Assembly: GCA_965644295.1 (NCBI GenBank)
Contig: CBFFRP010000485.1
Coordinates: forward strand, 1-63,058
DNA length: 63,058 nt
Direction: 5' to 3'
Source: Paraphysomonas bandaiensis
Lineage: Eukaryota; Protista; Chrysophyceae
Part shown: piece after piece, positions 52,648 to 63,058 of the stretch
Layout of the letters: every line of letters begins with the position of its first letter
Numbering within the stretch: the first letter of the stretch is position 1
The notes under the pieces: generated by a model
The model's input: only the letters and a program-made list of their open reading frames with translations
Databases searched by the model: none
Told to the model about the DNA's origin: nothing
Made by a program: the position numbers and the translations under genes

Positions 52648-53147
52648 ATGCTTCTTTCACGAAATATTGTAAAATCTGTGTTCAAGAATGCTGAGTTTGT
52701 GTTACCTCGGGTGCAGTATTTTCACTCCACTGCCCCAAAGTTTGGAATTGAAGAGTTTTATGACCAGAATGTGAAGGACAATGAAACGCTTATCACTGGA
52801 AGAGAGTGGACGGTACCTGATCTTAGACGAAAGGTTCATTTTGCAATTTATAATTCACTCTGCCAACTGATAATTATGTTTAGAGCTATGATGACTTGCA
52901 CAAGCTGTGGTACGTATTGTACAAGGAAAGAAATTTACTATTGACCATGAGAGAAGCCATTCGTCGAGCACAACGACCTATTACCAGTGCAGAGGAGTCT
53001 AGATATATAAAGGTCAAGAGATCCATGGCTGGCATTAAAATTGTTATCAAAGAGAGAAAAAAGATTGAAATGAAAATTGACCCCCCACCTGAAGGGTATA
53101 ATAAAACTCCAGGTCGTCGCACAAGAATATTTCCTCTTTCTGAATAG
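52648..53147 (+). CDS. MRPL47: Mitochondrial ribosomal protein L47 (uL29m), 2 exons
   Basis: GIEEF..TGREWTVPDLRRK|SYDDLHKLWYVLYKERNLLLT..KVKRSMAGIK. Confidence 0.93.
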
Positions 53148-53711
53148 GCGAGACATGTGCTGATTATCTTGACTGTTGAGTTAGTATGGTATGGCGTTGT
53201 AAATTCAAAACATATTTACGGTAAATGAAATTGGCTGTCATCTAGTAGCTCTGTGAATGCATTTAAAGGTCATAACGAATGCTTTTACCAAAGAGACACT
53301 GTAGCGATTAACTGAAGTACAAATCCTACACAATCATAGTACTGTAGATATTAATTGTGTCCACGGAAATGACATATCCATAGGAGTGTTATTAAAGGAA
53401 TTATGATTACCTAGTAACTAGTCGTTGTGATTAATGTGGAGAATATGTCTTTTGTCCACAACATATCACAAAGAAATTAAAACACCAGAACAATACTATA
53501 TTCTACATTCCAGATTAATTGATTAATAAGATCCAATATTCACATAAGGTTCAATACTTGGCAATTGCAATCTACCTGTGATAGATCAGCACACGGCTAT
53601 TTGCAATCCCACCATTTCGGCAGCTACAGCGAACACGTATGCAAGGAACAAAATAGTGAACACACATTCTAGTAAATATCTTTTAAAAATTGTACTAGTA
53701 CGTTGCCATAT

Positions 53712-54383
53712 TTACATACGGTCTTCCTCAGAGAGTTTATTTACAGTGGGTTCGCTCCCGCTGTGTCTCCTCTTTTCCTTGGATCCTTGCATAGGTGAGT
53801 TCCCCACCGTTCCTAGTTTCCCCGCAAGTTTCGTAACAGCACCCCATCCACCAGATACAGCCTTAATTGCTGTTTTAGATGATGCCCCAACAATATCAGA
53901 CAAGTTGTTCACGGCTGAATTAAAGGCCTGCTGAGGGTTGGTGTGAACGCCAGATGGTGGCACGGGAAACTCTGTAATTATATGTGTCAATTGTTCCAGA
54001 AATGCTGCGTTTTCTTCTTCTGATACTATGCAGTCACTATATGATTTGTAAGAGGGCATTCGCATGGACATTCGCCGAGCAACGGGGGATGTAGCCGGTG
54101 GTGATGGAACCTTACTGGTAGGAGGGGAATCCATGCCGTTGTCGTCCTTGCCGTCTCTCGTTCCCGAACTCTCCATTGAAGCATCTGAATCACTGTTGTA
54201 ACCTTCGATTTCATTTCCTACATTTCCCTGTGCAGCCATGTCTCCTAAAGAATTCGAACCAGTGTCGAGTTGTAGTCGTGTGAAATCTTCTAAAGCGTCG
54301 TGGTTAATCATTTTGACAAGCTCATCAGAGGAGTTAACCTCAGATGGGCCGTCTACAGATATTCTCTCTGGCACGAAAGACAT
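53712..54383 (-). CDS. Hypothetical acidic/disordered protein
   Basis: 223-aa ATG ORF with coding-like composition, divergent from the TauE gene; no recognised domain. Confidence 0.6.
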   Translation of the reverse strand: MSFVPERISVDGPSEVNSSDELVKMINHDALEDFTRLQLDTGSNSLGDMAAQGNVGNEIEGYNSDSDASMESSGTRDGKDDNGMDSPPTSKVPSPPATSPVARRMSMRMPSYKSYSDCIVSEEENAAFLEQLTHIITEFPVPPSGVHTNPQQAFNSAVNNLSDIVGASSKTAIKAVSGGWGAVTKLAGKLGTVGNSPMQGSKEKRRHSGSEPTVNKLSEEDRM

Positions 54384-54798
54384 GACGAATATATTTTGTT
54401 TACTGATGTATCATTGCAGGTTTCGATTTTGCAGCGGAAGGTTAAGTGAGGTGTTGGAACTGGCAGTATATGTATGCGGTATGGAGTGGTGAGATCCGCT
54501 ATCATATGTGCTACTTTTGTGTGTTTCGCAGAAGTATAACAAACCCTACCGTGCCTGTACTACAAAATCTGTATACGGCGGTATACTGCTGTACGTGCAA
54601 CACGCATATGTTGGTTATGAGTGTGTGCTCTAAAATATGCACCTACAGTGTGTATGTATGCAAGTTGGTGGCTGATACAATCACTAAAAACCAAGAAGAC
54701 AAGCGTAGCATACTAATAGCTGCTATCAGTTGATCCGAAGTAGCGGCAAAGGTTTTATTGAGTTCGGCTTTCCAACTCTTGGTCCATTGTGTGTATCA

Positions 54799-56277
54799 AT
54801 GAAGCTCAGCGAAATGTCTGTGATTAAGAGTGTGCTGCTAGCGGCCTCTCTTGTGCTTGCCATTATTGCAATATCTGCATCTTATCCTACTGTGATAGAG
54901 GATAGTTCGGTGAGACGATGGCTGGAAGAATTTCAGCACCACAAGGACTTGTTTCCACTGGACAGCAATGACATTATCGGGACCATTTTGTGTGTCATCG
55001 GTTTGATGATTGCCGCATCCGGTGGAATCGGTGGTGGTGGAATTCTTGTTCCGTTGTTGATATTGATATTCGGATTTTCTCCTAAAATGGCTATACCGTT
55101 ATCAAACTTTACTATATTGGGAAGCTCGCTTACTAACTTGACTCTCAACTTGAGCAAACGACACCCTGATGTTGATCGACCTTTAGTGGACTGGGACTTA
55201 ATTATGATAATGGAGCCACTTACTGCCGCTGGCGCTGTTTGTGGAACTTTTTTGGCTAAGACTCTCCCGGACTGGGCTCTTACACTCTCTCTTGTTGTTG
55301 TTCTGGCGTTAACGTCTCACCGCACTCTCAAGAAGGGAATTAGCCAGTACAAGAAGGAGGCAGAGGAGTTTCGTGAAGCTAAACGTAGCGCGCTCGCAGT
55401 CGCAGCGGAGGAAGACGAGGAGGCAGACCAAAGTACTGGACTTCTGAGCGATGAATCTACAGCAGTTGTGAGTACCACAAGTTCTGCTGATCCTTCCAAG
55501 CTAGAGATAGAGCAGGGCGAGAGCAGCTCAGAGGCTCATCAACAAATGACCGCAGAGCAACGCGAGCTTGAAGCACTTATCGAAACTGAGCGCCACACAC
55601 CAATGGATAAAATGTACATTCTGATCGTTATGTTTGCTGTACTCATTGTATTAAACCTAGTCAAAGGTGGTGGCAAGTCATTCCCAAGCCCAATCGGCAT
55701 TGAGTGCGGCTCTTTCAGCTACTGGATGGTCACGCTGTCCATATTTGTGTGGGTTTTTGGCATAGCACTTTACATGCGACAAGAGCTCATCAAGAAGTGG
55801 AGGCAAAAGAAGCGCCTTCGATACAAGTACGCCCCTGGAGATGTCGAGTGGAACGAGCGGAACACTCTTATATATCCTGCGCTTTGTGTATTCGCTGGAT
55901 TTTGCGCGGGAATGTTCGGTATCGGTGGGGGTGTGGTTAAGGGGCCTCTTATGTTAGAGATGGGCGTTCACCCTATGGTTGCATCCGGCACAGTGGCTGT
56001 TATGATTTTTATGACGGCGATTGCGGCTACTACTAGTTTTATTGCATTTGGAACTCTGACTTACGACTATGCATACTACTTGTTCGTGTTTGGTCTTGGA
56101 GCCACTGCTATCGGTCAGTTTGGTGTAGGATATTTAGTGAAAAAGTACAAGAGGGTTTCTTTAATATCCCTTTCGATTGGGGCAGTTGTTGCGTTGTCAA
56201 CTGTGTTGATGGGACTTCAAAGCGTATTGAGCTTGCTATCAGGGAATGAAGAGGAGTCGAACAAGCTGTGCACGTAA
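54799..56277 (+). CDS. Sulfite exporter TauE/SafE (TSUP) family membrane protein
   Basis: ASGGIGGGGILVP, RHP..RPLVDWD..MEP, AGMFGIGGGVVKGPLMLEMGVHP; multiple transmembrane helices. Confidence 0.92.
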   Translation: MKLSEMSVIKSVLLAASLVLAIIAISASYPTVIEDSSVRRWLEEFQHHKDLFPLDSNDIIGTILCVIGLMIAASGGIGGGGILVPLLILIFGFSPKMAIPLSNFTILGSSLTNLTLNLSKRHPDVDRPLVDWDLIMIMEPLTAAGAVCGTFLAKTLPDWALTLSLVVVLALTSHRTLKKGISQYKKEAEEFREAKRSALAVAAEEDEEADQSTGLLSDESTAVVSTTSSADPSKLEIEQGESSSEAHQQMTAEQRELEALIETERHTPMDKMYILIVMFAVLIVLNLVKGGGKSFPSPIGIECGSFSYWMVTLSIFVWVFGIALYMRQELIKKWRQKKRLRYKYAPGDVEWNERNTLIYPALCVFAGFCAGMFGIGGGVVKGPLMLEMGVHPMVASGTVAVMIFMTAIAATTSFIAFGTLTYDYAYYLFVFGLGATAIGQFGVGYLVKKYKRVSLISLSIGAVVALSTVLMGLQSVLSLLSGNEEESNKLCT

Positions 56278-56495
56278 TACGAGGGCTTAACTACTACAGG
56301 CTGCATCCGATCAATTCAATGTTGTAGTGTAGAAAGAGTTGCGAAGTATGACATCTTAACTAGCAGGTTATAGCAATATTCTGGTCTATTGAGTGATAAC
56401 GTGACAGTTCTCCTAATAGTAAGTCCGTTTGTGACAGACGTATAGTTATGCGCTAATAACGAATAATGTGACTTCTACTACAGTATACAATATAA

Positions 56496-56690
56496 TCAAT
56501 TATAGATGTGAGACACCAAGGTCTCTGCATCAGTCTCATTCAATCCAAAAGCCAAGTCTATATTCCGGATCTGTTCTTCACTGGCATTAGCAATGGAAGG
56601 ATCCAACCCTCCAAGCATAAGCCTGAGGGTCGTTCTCACTGACTCGAATATAGTAGACTCTTGTGCGCTATCAAGAGTCTCCTCTTCCAT
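56496..56690 (-). other. Short ORF (64 aa) homologous to 31200-31394
   Basis: ESTIF..LRLML..SIANASEEQIRNIDLAFGLNETD versus DSSLF..IRAMI..SISCVDEQRVRDIELAMVLDDAD. Confidence 0.5.
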
Positions 56691-56768
56691 AATGATAACA
56701 ATATAAATGAACAACAATGAATATAATTATGTATGTCTACAACCTCAGTGCTATCTACAAGCTATCGA

Positions 56769-56787
56769 TTAGGGTTAGGGTTAGGGT
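56769..56787 (+). repeat. (TTAGGG)3 telomere-like tract abutting the copia LTR
   Basis: ttagggttagggttagggt immediately followed by TGTTGAG. Confidence 0.85.
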
Positions 56788-57391
56788 TGTTGAGTTTTGC
56801 TGTTTGTGAGCAATTAAAAGCTGTAGTTTCCAAGATATTAGAATTATATCCGTTACTCAAAGAATACAGTAGTAGCTAGCTGTAGTATGAGAACCAATAA
56901 TATGATAGCCATTGTAGTGATAAAACTGAAATATACTGACTGTACAAGATAGTGACGATGTAAGATCGTACTAGAAATGGTTGGTGTAGTAGAGATAGAA
57001 AGAGTTGGTGAACGTCAATGAATGAAGTATGGTATCTCTTGTTAACAATTGACATTTCACTGAAGTTAACTTTGCTCTACGCGTAAGCCTTAACCTTGCT
57101 GTTGAACACAATGCACTTTCAAGTAAGAAATTATGATTATTATTCTGAACACTTCACTACATATTCGTGTAACATATGTTGAAACATCTGTTCTTATAGC
57201 AACATCTGTTTATCATATGTTCATCAGTCAGTTCTATATCTTGTATAGTCACACATCAGTAACTGAATTTAATTCCTCCTTTGTAACTATAATCACCCGT
57301 TACACCTATGAGTTGACTTTACCTATAATTGCACACTGTTAACTCACTTCAATTGCACAATATATATCACATCATATTGCAGAACTCAACA
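56788..57391 (-). mobile_element. 3' LTR (604 bp) of a copia element
   Basis: Inverted termini TGTTGAGTTTTGC...GCAGAACTCAACA; minus-strand polypurine tract GAGTGGGAG immediately upstream (57392-57400). Confidence 0.85.
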
Positions 57392-57535
57392 CTCCCACTC
57401 AATTGGATGTAGTTAACCATTCTAAAATTTGTGAAGAACATTGCTATCGGATACGCAACCACCGAACCTCATAGGACACTGGTGGACGTATGACTCCGCT
57501 GGTATAGCTAGCTCCCACCATTCATTCACCTCTAT

Positions 57536-58015
57536 CTAGTTACGACGAACTCTCTTTACCTTGGGTACCTCTGCGATAATTTGTGCAGTAGTCTTAAATT
57601 TTTCCCCAAGATTTCGCTCCCTCTGTTCAATGAATATTGGACCACTCAAAGCCTTGGTATATATATCAGCCATCTGTTGTCGACTGCTCACATGAATTAA
57701 TTTCGCTGTATTAAACTGTTCGGGATCCACATGCTCTCTAATCATATGATACTTAATCTCAATATGTTTCGATCGTTGATGTTGCACTGGATTTTCCGAT
57801 ATATCCTGAGCACTTTGACTATCCAGGAATAATGGTGTGGGCTCGTCAATTTTCAATCCTACTTCACCAGTCACCCCCCGAGACCATATCATTTCCTGTA
57901 ATCCATTATATAAGCATTGATACTCTGCTTGCATAGTCGATGTAGCTACAGTAGACTGAAGTTTGGAACCCCACGATAGTGGTCCACCAGCTCCAAACAT
58001 AACATAACCTGAAAA
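57536..58015 (-). mobile_element. Ty1/copia RNase H domain (pol C-terminus), interrupted at about 58015
   Basis: SGYVMF..PLSWGSKLQSTVATSTMQAEY..DSQSA..NPVQHQRSKHIEIKYHMIRE..QMADIYTKAL. Confidence 0.93.
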
Positions 58016-58050
58016 CAGAGGGGCAATGTATTCATAAAGAAGAGGGTCCT

Positions 58051-58230
58051 TGTACTCACATGCACTACACTGTATATACATATCAACAGAGGGTCCCCAG
58101 AGAGAAAAATACGGTACTCGTTCTACTCATTACGGACGCTTGTACTCACATGTACTGCACTGTATATACATATCAACAGAGGGTCCCCAGAGAGAAAAAT
58201 ACAGTACTCGTTCTACTCATTACGGACGCT
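58051..58230. repeat. Two tandem 90-bp units
   Basis: tgtactcacatg...cattacggacgct at 58051-58140 and 58141-58230, with 3 substitutions. Confidence 0.95.
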
Positions 58231-58400
58231 ACAGATCGTACAAGGACAGAATCCCTTGTTACCTTTTCGTACAGTCTACACTTCACGACTACAGGTGGTT
58301 AAAAGGCAGGTTCTCTTTGCAGTTGCTACTACGGAACTCGTTAGTAAGAGGAAATTATGATTCTATATTACATTTCTACATAAAACTCAAAATAACATAC

Positions 58401-61188
58401 AGTACTCATCCCTTGCTTGACCCTAATGACCCAGAGGATGCTGTAATGTATTCTTCCGTGAGCTTCTTGACATCACCCAGTAGGCTACCGAGGCCTCCCT
58501 CCTGGACAACCCCTACCTACTACCTACTACCAGTCAGGAGAGCCCCAGTACTCATCCCTTGCTTGACCCTAATGACCCAGAGGATGCTGTAATGTATTCT
58601 TCCGTGAGCTTCTTGACATCACCCAGTAGGCTACCGAGGCCTCCCTCCTGGACAACCCCTACCTACTACCTACTACCAGTCAGGAGAGCCCCAGTACTCA
58701 TCCCTTGCTTGACCCTAATGACCCAGAGGATGCTGTAATGTATTCTTCCGTGAGCTTCTTGACATCACCCAGTAGGCTACCGAGGCCTCCCTCCTGGACA
58801 ACCCCTACCTACTACCTACTACCAGTCAGGAGAGCCCCAGTACTCATCCCTTGCTTGACCCTAATGACCCAGAGGATGCTGTAATGTATTCTTCCGTGAG
58901 CTTCTTGACATCACCCAGTAGGCTACCGAGGCCTCCCTCCTGGACAACCCCTACCTACTACCTACTACCAGTCAGGAGAGCCCCAGTACTCATCCCTTGC
59001 TTGACCCTAATGACCCAGAGGATGCTGTAATGTATTCTTCCGTGAGCTTCTTGACATCACCCAGTAGGCTACCGAGGCCTCCCTCCTGGACAACCCCTAC
59101 CTACTACCTACTACCAGTCAGGAGAGCCCCAGTACTCATCCCTTGCTTGACCCTAATGACCCAGAGGATGCTGTAATGTATTCTTCCGTGAGCTTCTTGA
59201 CATCACCCAGTAGGCTACCGAGGCCTCCCTCCTGGACAACCCCTACCTACTACCTACTACCAGTCAGGAGAGCCCCAGTACTCATCCCTTGCTTGACCCT
59301 AATGACCCAGAGGATGCTGTAATGTATTCTTCCGTGAGCTTCTTGACATCACCCAGTAGGCTACCGAGGCCTCCCTCCTGGACAACCCCTACCTACTACC
59401 TACTACCAGTCAGGAGAGCCCCAGTACTCATCCCTTGCTTGACCCTAATGACCCAGAGGATGCTGTAATGTATTCTTCCGTGAGCTTCTTGACATCACCC
59501 AGTAGGCTACCGAGGCCTCCCTCCTGGACAACCCCTACCTACTACCTACTACCAGTCAGGAGAGCCCCAGTACTCATCCCTTGCTTGACCCTAATGACCC
59601 AGAGGATGCTGTAATGTATTCTTCCGTGAGCTTCTTGACATCACCCAGTAGGCTACCGAGGCCTCCCTCCTGGACAACCCCTACCTACTACCTACTACCA
59701 GTCAGGAGAGCCCCAGTACTCATCCCTTGCTTGACCCTAATGACCCAGAGGATGCTGTAATGTATTCTTCCGTGAGCTTCTTGACATCACCCAGTAGGCT
59801 ACCGAGGCCTCCCTCCTGGACAACCCCTACCTACTACCTACTACCAGTCAGGAGAGCCCCAGTACTCATCCCTTGCTTGACCCTAATGACCCAGAGGATG
59901 CTGTAATGTATTCTTCCGTGAGCTTCTTGACATCACCCAGTAGGCTACCGAGGCCTCCCTCCTGGACAACCCCTACCTACTACCTACTACCAGTCAGGAG
60001 AGCCCCAGTACTCATCCCTTGCTTGACCCTAATGACCCAGAGGATGCTGTAATGTATTCTTCCGTGAGCTTCTTGACATCACCCAGTAGGCTACCGAGGC
60101 CTCCCTCCTGGACAACCCCTACCTACTACCTACTACCAGTCAGGAGAGCCCCAGTACTCATCCCTTGCTTGACCCTAATGACCCAGAGGATGCTGTAATG
60201 TATTCTTCCGTGAGCTTCTTGACATCACCCAGTAGGCTACCGAGGCCTCCCTCCTGGACAACCCCTACCTACTACCTACTACCAGTCAGGAGAGCCCCAG
60301 TACTCATCCCTTGCTTGACCCTAATGACCCAGAGGATGCTGTAATGTATTCTTCCGTGAGCTTCTTGACATCACCCAGTAGGCTACCGAGGCCTCCCTCC
60401 TGGACAACCCCTACCTACTACCTACTACCAGTCAGGAGAGCCCCAGTACTCATCCCTTGCTTGACCCTAATGACCCAGAGGATGCTGTAATGTATTCTTC
60501 CGTGAGCTTCTTGACATCACCCAGTAGGCTACCGAGGCCTCCCTCCTGGACAACCCCTACCTACTACCTACTACCAGTCAGGAGAGCCCCAGTACTCATC
60601 CCTTGCTTGACCCTAATGACCCAGAGGATGCTGTAATGTATTCTTCCGTGAGCTTCTTGACATCACCCAGTAGGCTACCGAGGCCTCCCTCCTGGACAAC
60701 CCCTACCTACTACCTACTACCAGTCAGGAGAGCCCCAGTACTCATCCCTTGCTTGACCCTAATGACCCAGAGGATGCTGTAATGTATTCTTCCGTGAGCT
60801 TCTTGACATCACCCAGTAGGCTACCGAGGCCTCCCTCCTGGACAACCCCTACCTACTACCTACTACCAGTCAGGAGAGCCCCAGTACTCATCCCTTGCTT
60901 GACCCTAATGACCCAGAGGATGCTGTAATGTATTCTTCCGTGAGCTTCTTGACATCACCCAGTAGGCTACCGAGGCCTCCCTCCTGGACAACCCCTACCT
61001 ACTACCTACTACCAGTCAGGAGAGCCCCAGTACTCATCCCTTGCTTGACCCTAATGACCCAGAGGATGCTGTAATGTATTCTTCCGTGAGCTTCTTGACA
61101 TCACCCAGTAGGCTACCGAGGCCTCCCTCCTGGACAACCCCTACCTACTACCTACTACCAGTCAGGAGAGCCCCAGTACTCATCCCTT
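58401..61188. repeat. Tandem array: 19 x 146-bp units plus a 14-bp partial unit, no differences seen by eye
   Basis: AGTACTCATCCCTT recurs at 58401, 58547, 58693 ... 61175. Confidence 0.97.
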
Positions 61189-61393
61189 AAGCAAACTTTT
61201 TTCAAACTTGGGAAAAATTTCTAAATTTGGGACTTTTTAAAAAATTCATCATGAAAACCTCATGTTTATTGATGATATAATTTAGACAGAGGTAATGTTA
61301 TAGAAGTAAGTGTTACTAAGTGTATGATATAGATATACTATATAGATATATGATATATGTATTATTATTATATAATATGAATACTCTTCTCTA

Positions 61394-63058
61394 CTAATAA
61401 CTATAATTTTCAATTCTCTTCCTGTTACGTTTACCAATGAGTACAGGCGCAGCTCCAACCGCTCCTGTGTCTACCCAATCCGTATTTGGAACAACTTCGA
61501 TATCCCACCTACCTGATGTATTCGTTTTCTTCTTTCCGGAGGGTTTTATTGCAGGTTTCAACTCTTTCTGCCTTATACCTCTGATAATTTCACCATCTAT
61601 AAATTCTATATCATACCTACCATCTTTATATCCAATAACACTACCATTGAAATTATATATATTTCTAATCTTCTCACCAACAGCATATAGTTGCAAATCA
61701 TCACTACTACAACTACTATCACTGGAATCAGATTCATATCTTTCTGAAGCCTGAGTTTTATCGACAACAACGCTATCCCTTGAGCTGCTGTAATTATCAA
61801 CACAATCTTCCTCATCACTGATATCTGAAAGCTGAATAGTCTTGTGTCGCTTCCTTAAATTTTTAATCCTCCTTCCCTTATTTTTTCGCCGACTTATCAT
61901 ACTACTCGCGGTTTCAAATTGGTTATCCACCTCTGCGGACGACATAGAATCCGTTTCTGGTCTACAACGTCTAGTGTTACAAGTCGTTCGAAGCCTTCTT
62001 GCATGATGATGGCTTGCAGATTGACTGGTACTACTACACAAACAAAATAGATAAGGAAGGTTATTTTTTATCAAAAAGTTATTTGAATCTCACCATTGCA
62101 TGATGTTGTCATCTTCGCTACTACTTTCACAATCAACGGAGGCATCCGACAATACCACTCCACCACCATTATTGCTGGATATCGATTGTGCACGCGTAGA
62201 TACGTCTGCAATATCGCGAAGCAAAACTACACCTTGATTTCCCACTCCATCAGGTGGCGAATCTATTTCACCAAACGCAATCCATCCACCATCTAACTTT
62301 CGTTCAAATGACTTGTCAGGGGGTTATCAGGATAAAATTCTCCTCCTCGCTTGTTCTTCCAGTATATACGATGTCCTCCATTTCTTATAGAAACTACTTG
62401 ACCCTGGCGAGTGAATGATGAAGACATGTCGTTCGGAATACTTCTTCCGAGAACAAATTTAAATTTTCCAACCTCATCAGGAGAGAGTTTCTTTCTTCTC
62501 TTCCACTTTCTGAAAATATTTACTTGTGCAGGTAGTGCACTTCTCTCCACTACATCACCGTTGATAGTGCACCTCTCAACCCTAGCAAAGTTCTCACTGT
62601 GGTAATCATCCCGTTTAAAACCCCAGCGTGACCATTTGACACAGTCCGTTGTCCTCATCCTCGTTAAGTCACTACAGATATTGCGACCATCATTCGGTAA
62701 ATGAACTTCAGTCTGATCGATTGGCTCACCGGAGAACAGAATATCTCCTAATGGAATATTAAGAGGGTGTTGCTGAACGTACTCTTCAACGGTATCTACG
62801 GCAGGTGCTTCATCTCTTGCCCATGCATTCCACTCATCGAGGGCTGCTGAATGCTTTTGATGAAAATCAGTCCGTACTTTTATCATTACATTATCAAGGA
62901 CCTCTCGAGATCCTTCAGAAAAAGAATAAGGTGATGGTAATTCGAACGGTAAGGAATCAAGAATTCGCATTCCATCTACCATGATTCCTCTCCTGACATC
63001 GCGCATAGGGTAATCGAAAACATCCACGACTTTCGCGTAAATTCCACAGCGCTTAGTG
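61394..63058 (-). CDS. 3' part of an unknown gene with a C-terminal Tudor-like module; one apparent frameshift; start lies beyond the window edge
   Basis: ORF 62293-63027 continues after a C5 run (about 62319-62323) in another frame (DKSFERKLDGGWIAFG...), then a GT-AG intron at about 62094-62035, then ...YAVGEKIRNIYNFNGSVIGYKDGRYDIEFIDGEIIRGIRQKELK...GKRNRKR. Confidence 0.55.

Noticed and set aside
58050-58592. 180-aa ORF across the 90-bp and 146-bp repeats
   Set aside because: Non-ATG start, made of repeat sequence, and the 146-bp unit is not a multiple of 3
58401-61188. CRISPR-like array, or 5S/SL/snRNA/twister tandem array
   Set aside because: No variable spacers, no Sm site or 5S signature, and twister/hammerhead core motifs are incomplete

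Overview
Gene-dense eukaryotic DNA with short (about 41-60 nt) GT-AG introns and the standard genetic code. It is probably from a flagellated protist (enkurin and a TOGARAM-like gene are present); a stramenopile origin is an inference only. Host genes: a Rab5/22-like GTPase, MsrA, a C1+VPS9 protein, organellar TyrRS, an ERCC6L2-like SNF2 helicase, a GT47/RXYLT1-like glycosyltransferase, RPS18, a TOG/CLASP protein, TOM7, a large ARM-repeat protein, enkurin, MRPL47, a TauE/SafE transporter and a few orphans. A roughly 6 kb beta-helix/EGF/TM/TKL receptor-kinase gene is a decayed pseudogene. Mobile and repeated DNA includes two Ty1/copia fragments (one with an intact LTR abutting TTAGGG repeats), a gypsy RT relic, and two long (CATA)n arrays that share variant cassettes. 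At the right end, a block of 2x90 bp and 19x146 bp tandem repeats leads into an unknown Tudor-like gene and interrupts the copia element. The most notable observation is an unannotated non-autonomous element family with at least 5 copies. It has variable 9-15 bp target-site duplications, a 5'-truncated copy, an internally deleted copy, one copy nested in another, no TIR, LTR or poly(A), apparent retained introns, and a structured 5' end that resembles an HDV-like ribozyme.
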